This document shows positions 58,368 to 64,000 of a stretch of DNA of 64,000 bases, one piece after another. Location of the stretch: NCBI GenBank assembly GCA_046331705.1, contig JAXLQJ010000024.1:1-64000 (forward strand), written 5' to 3'. Origin of the DNA: a bacterium (lineage in GTDB: Bacteria; JADJOY01). The notes beneath the pieces are model-generated. The model saw only the letters and a list, made by a program, of their open reading frames with translations, had not been told where the DNA came from and searched no databases. Made by a program: the position numbers and the translations under genes. How positions within the stretch are numbered: position 1 is the stretch's first letter; every line of letters begins with the position of its first letter.

Positions 58368-58940
58368 TCAACCGAGCGGCGAGACGCCGAAGAGGCGAGC
58401 GTGCAGCCCGCCCAGAAGTGTCGCGTAGAGCACGAGCCCGACGACCAGCGCGATCGCGTCGTTCCAGCGGCCCGCGGGGGCGCTCGGCACGGCGCGCGGC
58501 GCGCGCTTCGCCACCGCGAGCCGATCCGCGACCGCCCATGCGAGGAAGCCGCCGAACAACAAGAGATCGGGGACGGTGCCGTTGGCGAGAACGTGCGCGA
58601 GGCCCCAGAGGATGGTCGCGGCGAGCAACGGGTGCTTGGCGAAGCTCTTGATGCGTCCGGGCAGATACGCCGCCAGGAGCAGCGGGAAGACCGGCAGCAT
58701 GAGCACCACCGCGAGGTGACGCGTCCACGTCGGCGGCGAATGGAGCAGCACGGGGGCACGGTTCGCGATCGGATAGCCGTGGAGGATCATCGCGAAGCCG
58801 AGGATCGACAGCAGCGCGTACGGCCCTTTCCAGCCCGGATCGCCGAGGCGCGCGTACATGCGGTCGCGCCACGCCGGCGCCACGATCGCAACCGAGTGGA
58901 CGCTCAGGAACACGATCAATCCCACGACGAGCCAGCTCAT
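58368..58940 (-). CDS. NnrU-family membrane protein
   Basis: 'GL..FL..HS', 'KHP.L....LW..AH.LANG...D..LFG.FL.W', 'LH..LFGVSP'. Confidence 0.88.
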   Translation of the reverse strand: MSWLVVGLIVFLSVHSVAIVAPAWRDRMYARLGDPGWKGPYALLSILGFAMILHGYPIANRAPVLLHSPPTWTRHLAVVLMLPVFPLLLAAYLPGRIKSFAKHPLLAATILWGLAHVLANGTVPDLLLFGGFLAWAVADRLAVAKRAPRAVPSAPAGRWNDAIALVVGLVLYATLLGGLHARLFGVSPLG

Positions 58941-59736
58941 GATCGCGCCACGATGGCGCCCGACGGCCGATCACGGCAAGCGCAATCGCACGCGGTGGCG
59001 TCGCCGACGTCGGTCATCGCGGCGCGGAGCTCGCCCGAACGGTCGTTGCTCGGCAAGATGAACGGCGCGACGATCGGCGCTTTCGTCGAGGCGGCCGACT
59101 TTCTGGTGCTGTCGGGAACGGCGCGCCTTTCCGCTGTCGACGTCTGGCTCCTCGACGAGGCGGAGAACGACAACGGCGTCCTCGACACGTTCGGCGGGAC
59201 CCTCGGTTGGGCGATCTACGCGAGCAGCTCAGGTCTCTCCCTCGAGCTGGTCCGCGGGACCGGACGCCGACCCCGCGTTCGTGGTCTTCGAAGAGCCCAT
59301 CTTCGTCTCGGGCTTCGATGCCTACGTCACCTGCGCGTGGTCCGACGCCACGCACCCCGTCTGCCCCTGAGCGCGGTGGCGCCTCCGCCGTGAAGCCACG
59401 TCGCGTCGCCGGCGCGACCAGCGCTGGCGCGAATCTCGCAGCTCGGACGACCATCGAGCGCAAGCCCGCGCGGCGATGGCCTCTCGTCGTTCACCAGTCA
59501 CCGCCGCGTAGCGCGAGGGCGGCAGACGGCTCATTTCCGCATCCACTGCGGTAGCGCAGCGCCGGTCGCGCGCAAGACCGCACGCTCGGGTCGCGCTGCT
59601 CGCTGTGATCTTTCGCACGATCCCATTCGGGTGCCGGGACATCGATCCGACCGCCGGCCGTTCGGCCGCCGCCGTCGCGTCGCGTTTCCGATTGGCCGCC
59701 GACCATTCTCGACTCGCAGGGGAGGGAGGGCACGTC

Positions 59737-61629
59737 ATGAAGAACGTCCGCTTGTTCACGCTCACCTCGATCGTCGCTCTCGGGCTCGTCGCCGCACCCT
59801 TGCTCGTGCGAGCGGCCGCCCCCCAAGCCGGCATTCCCGGCGCGACACCCGGGCAGCCGATGGTCTTCCAGCAGACGATCCCGGTTCACATCGTGTTGAT
59901 CGGCTATGGAAAGGGCGCGATCGACGCCAAGGCGCTGAAGAGCCAACTGCCCGAGGGCTACGCGCCGGTGGTGCGCTATCCGCGGTTCTACGGCGTGCCG
60001 GGTCGCGACCTGGGGCTCTCGTTCCAGTTCCAGTACGACGTGATCCGCGCCAACGACGCGTTCACGACCAAGTTCTTCAAGCAGCTCGCGAACATCGGCA
60101 AGCAGGGACCGCGCACGGTCTATCAGCAGTACTACAACGATCAGGCGAGCAACGTCCTCGACGTGCCGGATTCGGTGCTCTACATCGACGCGCCGAGCGT
60201 CGAGGCGTGGCTCATGAGCAAGGCGCAGAGCCTGCTCCACATCGACACCGAGCACGGCTACACGGTCTTCTTCATCGATTGGTACGGCCGCCCGGATTTC
60301 CGGTTCCACGTCTACACCAAATCCGACGAAGCCGACCCCGACACCGGCTACAACTTCGGTGTCGTCCGTGACTCGCGAAAGATGATGGCGTGGGGCGGCA
60401 GCCACGGCCGCGGTTGGTTCCACGACATCTCGGCGGGCCCCGAGGCGTGGACCAACAACTGGAACGTGGACGATCCCGATCTGAACGCGAACGGCTACGA
60501 GGACTACCGCATGCCGCCGTCCTGGGAATACGTGCCCGGCGGCTATCGCGATCCGGCGGCACGCACCGGCGACCTCGCCAAGCTGACGCGCTACGTCGCG
60601 ATCAACCTGCTCTTCACCAGCTCACCGCTCTACGATCCGCTGGTCACGGCGCCTGGCGCGAACGGCTCGAAAATCGTGCACGTGACGCTCTCCGAGGACG
60701 ACCCGGGCTCGTACGGCAAGAGCTGGATCCGCAAGGACCTCATCACCGATCGCCTGTCGAGCTTCGAGTTCTACTACCCGTGGAAAGTGAAGATCCAGGA
60801 CTGGAACCCGATCGACGCCGGTGCCGAGAACGCGTTTCGGATCTGGGCCGAGATCCGTAGCGCCAGCGATTGCTGGAACGCGTACGGAACGCCGTACGCC
60901 GAGCTTTATTGCTACTTCGACCTCAACCGCAAGAAGTTCATCCCCTGGTACGACGCTCCGTCGAACTACGCGGGCGGAGTCTTCGCATTCAACACCACCG
61001 ACGCGAACCTCGGGCCGTATAGCGGTCTGCTCGGCTTCGCCGACGACAACTGGTTGAACGGTGTCCAGACCTACGTCTTCCAGTTCGACACCGACTACTA
61101 CCGCTCCATCGGCTACGGCTTCAGCTCCACCACCGTCCACGAGTTCGGCCACCACCTCGGGCTCTCGCACCCGCACGACGGGTACGACGCGGAGCTCGAC
61201 TACGACTACGGCGCGAACGACGACACGTACTTCGCCTGGGCTGGCGACGAGAGCCACACGACGATGGCGTATCTCCAGCTCGCCACCGGCTTCGGGCAAT
61301 TCGATCGCGACAACATGTATCGCTACGAGTTCGCGGGATATTTGAACTGGGCGAACTCGCTCTACTACGACGTCCTGGCCAGCCCGAACGTCGGCGCGGT
61401 CGCGGGCTCACTCGCGTCCTTCGGCGCGTACGCCACCAAGGCCGTCCACGGATTCAACGCCTGGAATTACGAGGACGCGGTGCTCAACGCGCGCCTTGCG
61501 TATCAGTCGATCGCGACCGCCGCGACCCAGCTCGGCATCCCGGACACGAGCTTCCGCGTGCAGCCGCCGATCGACCGCAGCAAGCGCGTGCCGCACGAGG
61601 GCGACCCGATCCGCTTCCCCGACGACTGA
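59737..61629 (+). CDS. Secreted metzincin-type zinc metalloprotease-like protein
   Basis: Signal peptide, 'HEFGHHLGLSH' (HExxHxxGxxH) and Met-turn 'TTMAY'. GGAGG RBS before ATG 59737. Confidence 0.8.
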   Translation: MKNVRLFTLTSIVALGLVAAPLLVRAAAPQAGIPGATPGQPMVFQQTIPVHIVLIGYGKGAIDAKALKSQLPEGYAPVVRYPRFYGVPGRDLGLSFQFQYDVIRANDAFTTKFFKQLANIGKQGPRTVYQQYYNDQASNVLDVPDSVLYIDAPSVEAWLMSKAQSLLHIDTEHGYTVFFIDWYGRPDFRFHVYTKSDEADPDTGYNFGVVRDSRKMMAWGGSHGRGWFHDISAGPEAWTNNWNVDDPDLNANGYEDYRMPPSWEYVPGGYRDPAARTGDLAKLTRYVAINLLFTSSPLYDPLVTAPGANGSKIVHVTLSEDDPGSYGKSWIRKDLITDRLSSFEFYYPWKVKIQDWNPIDAGAENAFRIWAEIRSASDCWNAYGTPYAELYCYFDLNRKKFIPWYDAPSNYAGGVFAFNTTDANLGPYSGLLGFADDNWLNGVQTYVFQFDTDYYRSIGYGFSSTTVHEFGHHLGLSHPHDGYDAELDYDYGANDDTYFAWAGDESHTTMAYLQLATGFGQFDRDNMYRYEFAGYLNWANSLYYDVLASPNVGAVAGSLASFGAYATKAVHGFNAWNYEDAVLNARLAYQSIATAATQLGIPDTSFRVQPPIDRSKRVPHEGDPIRFPDD

Positions 61630-61684
61630 TCGGCGCGGGCGTGTCCGGCGGGCGGCGCGTAAGGCCGCCCGCCCACTCGCGCGA

Positions 61685-63367
61685 TCACGCGGCGGGACGC
61701 GACGCGGCGAACGCTGCCGCCGCCTCGCCCGTGGGCCACGGCAAGCGGTCGCGCAACACCGACACCCGCGTCTCGCCGGTGGCGAGCACGCCCCGGGCAG
61801 CGTCCGCGACGGTCCACGCCAGCGACGAGCCGAAGAGCGGTTGCGACTCGACGAAGATGCAGCGCAACTCGCCGTCCTCGAAACGGCATTGCTCCTGGAT
61901 CGCCCGCAGCAGACGCCCATCGTGCAGGTGCAGGTCGCCGAAGTTCCAGCCCAGCGCCAGCCCCGCGACGATCTCCCCGTCCAGCCATTGGTATCGGTCG
62001 ATGTCGTCGACGGCCTTGGGAATCAGATCGTGCAGCGCGCGCCCGTGGAGGTGCATCGAGCGAAATGCCGGCACCCGCGACATCACGGCGTCGATCACGT
62101 CCGGATCGGGGATCAGCTTGGCGAGCTGGTCGGTGAGCAGCGGCGAGGTCTTGACGAGCCGATCGAGCTTGCGGGCGCTCTCGCCGCGGAAGAGCCACAC
62201 GCTGTAGCCCCAATTGCCCGCGTAGTAGCGCATGGCACTCAGGAACGACACCCGCGACGGCACCAGATTCCCGATCAGCGGTACCGCGAAGAGCACCACG
62301 AACAGGAACGCCGTCAGCAGCGGCGCGGAACCGAGCGTGAGCACGCTCACCTCCGGATGGTGACCGAACAGGAAGAACCCGCCGTACACCATGATCACGT
62401 TCCACTCGAGCGGTACGCCCATGGGGATGTTGCTCGAGATGAACGCGTGAAAGCCGAGCATCACCACCAGCGCGATGGCGGTGGGCGCGCCGCCGTCGCT
62501 CACCAGCAGCACCAGCGGGAACAGGTATTCGACCGCCGTCCCGCCGTGCGCCATCCACTCGCAGACGCGCCCAGGCCGAAGATCGTCGGGGAAGTGGCGA
62601 TAGAGCTTCTTCCGCAGCGCCACGGGCACCATCGGGCTGTTGCTCAGCATCACGCCGATGACCGACGGGAAGTGGTGATTGAGCTTGGAGGTCGCCGCCC
62701 ACCACCAGATCGCGATCCAGACCACCTTGGCCCCCGCCAGCCAGTGGTCCGCGAAGGCGAAGCACACCAACGCCGTGAAATGGTGCTCGGCTCGCGAGAT
62801 GAGGTAGATCGACTTGTCGGCGAGCGAGACGATCGGCAAGAGCACGATCGTCGGCAGCACCAACGACGGCGTGATCGCCGGTGCCGTCAGCGCGCGCAAC
62901 AAGAACGCGTAATGCACGAGGTAGAGCGCGACGTCGAGGCGGGTGCGGCGATGACCGCCCAGGATCGGTAGGCCGGGAAGGAACGGCAGCTTGGTGGTGC
63001 CCGGCCGCAAGTAGTAGAGAACACCGCCGATGGGCGGGACGTAGCGGCCCGTGAGCGGCCCGCTGCCGCAGCCCAGCCCGAGACCCTCGTACGCCATGGT
63101 CCAGAGCACCGCCTTCTGGAACGCGGTCGCGGTGAATGCCCACGACGCGATCGCTCCCGGCGCCCCGAGCCCCGGCGTGAACGAGCAGAAGAAGCACCAT
63201 CCCCCGACGTAGAGCAGCGCGATCTTCAGCAGATAGACGGTGTAGATGAGCGGCGGCGTGCCGTATCCTTGCGTGGCCCAGGCCTCGCAGATCATGCGGA
63301 TGCGCACCGGAAACGGCTGTGCGCGCCACTCGCGGATGTCGTAAGGCGGTGATTTCGGCTGAAGCAT
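61685..63367 (-). CDS. DUF3556-family membrane protein
   Basis: 'W...GYGTP', 'FQKAVLW', 'GCGSGPLTGR', 'SKLNHHFP.V', 'P.GVPLEWN', 'MRYYAGNW', 'GWNFGD.HLH'. Confidence 0.82.
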   Translation of the reverse strand: MLQPKSPPYDIREWRAQPFPVRIRMICEAWATQGYGTPPLIYTVYLLKIALLYVGGWCFFCSFTPGLGAPGAIASWAFTATAFQKAVLWTMAYEGLGLGCGSGPLTGRYVPPIGGVLYYLRPGTTKLPFLPGLPILGGHRRTRLDVALYLVHYAFLLRALTAPAITPSLVLPTIVLLPIVSLADKSIYLISRAEHHFTALVCFAFADHWLAGAKVVWIAIWWWAATSKLNHHFPSVIGVMLSNSPMVPVALRKKLYRHFPDDLRPGRVCEWMAHGGTAVEYLFPLVLLVSDGGAPTAIALVVMLGFHAFISSNIPMGVPLEWNVIMVYGGFFLFGHHPEVSVLTLGSAPLLTAFLFVVLFAVPLIGNLVPSRVSFLSAMRYYAGNWGYSVWLFRGESARKLDRLVKTSPLLTDQLAKLIPDPDVIDAVMSRVPAFRSMHLHGRALHDLIPKAVDDIDRYQWLDGEIVAGLALGWNFGDLHLHDGRLLRAIQEQCRFEDGELRCIFVESQPLFGSSLAWTVADAARGVLATGETRVSVLRDRLPWPTGEAAAAFAASRPAA

Positions 63368-63576
63368 GATGAGCGATTCTACGTCACATACACGCGGAGC
63401 GGATGCGTGAGCGATCGTGCAGCGAGCGACGGCGCGGGACCGAGCGAGGCGCCGCGAACCGGTTCCTCGGAGGGCGCTCCCAGGGAGGGCGCCGCTCCCG
63501 CGGCCCGGGGCGCGGTGGGCGAGGCGGTGCCGATCCCGCCGCTCCCTCCGCGCCGAATCGACGCGGGTGGCCGCGC

Positions 63577-64000
63577 ATGAGCGCGATCGGGGTCGATTCC
63601 TGCGACGCGGTGGTGATCGGCGCGGGCCCGAACGGTCTCGCCGCCGCCATCGTGCTGGCGCAAGCGGGCGCCTCCGTGGTGGTGCTCGAAGCGGCGGAGA
63701 CGATCGGCGGCGGAACGCGCACCGCGGAGCTCACGCTGCCGGGATTTCGTCACGACGTGTGCTCGGCCGCCCACCCCATGGGCATCCTGTCGCCGTTCTT
63801 CCGCACGCTCCCTCTTACGCAGCACGGCCTGCGCTGGATTCGGCCGCGCGCCTCGGTGGCGCACCCGCTGGACGGCGCTCCCGCCGTGCTGCTGTGGCGT
63901 TCGCTCGAGCGCACCGCCGAGGAGCTGGGCGCCGACGTCGGCTCGTGGCGGCGGCTCGTCGGGCCGTTTCTCGACGATCCGCACGGCCTCCTCGCCGACG
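63577..64000 (+). CDS. Phytoene-desaturase-family FAD oxidoreductase (partial, runs off the window)
   Basis: Read manually, not in the ORF track: MSAIGVDSCDAVVIGAGPNGLAAAIVLAQAG..VVVLEA...IGGG.RTAELTLPGFRHDVCSAAHP. Confidence 0.88.
   Translation, partial: MSAIGVDSCDAVVIGAGPNGLAAAIVLAQAGASVVVLEAAETIGGGTRTAELTLPGFRHDVCSAAHPMGILSPFFRTLPLTQHGLRWIRPRASVAHPLDGAPAVLLWRSLERTAEELGADVGSWRRLVGPFLDDPHGLLAD

Overview
High-GC bacterial DNA; the lipoprotein, MopE-type and sorting-tail gene content is reminiscent of Myxococcota/deltaproteobacterial lineages (inference only). The left ~11 kb is a visibly less GC-rich accessory region. A displaced tmRNA (ssrA) 3' end at 9682-9704 marks the probable attR of an island that extends past the left edge. 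Inside it are an AbrB-domain gene with a palindromic operator, an MtlR-like HEPN gene, DUF2971, a frameshifted tyrosine recombinase, a HigA-like antitoxin whose toxin is overwritten, and a translationally coupled pair: an AAA+ ATPase and a nucleotidyltransferase fused to a RaSEA-like radical SAM domain. That pair is the best candidate for an undescribed system. A phosphorothioate-sensing-type SBD-HNH nuclease lies just outside the att site. The rest is chromosomal: secreted hydrolases and lipoproteins, a SWIM plus DUF6493-like pair, a mosaic of decayed paralog fragments, an AckA-PduL fusion, two putative glycan/small-molecule tailoring clusters (38.3-45.9 kb and 49.7-54.9 kb), RNA-modification genes (RlmI-like, tgt, RluA), GST, NnrU, a metzincin, DUF3556 and a truncated phytoene-desaturase-family gene. 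No CRISPR array, rRNA or intact tRNA was seen. All family calls come from recognising motifs by eye, not from database searches.
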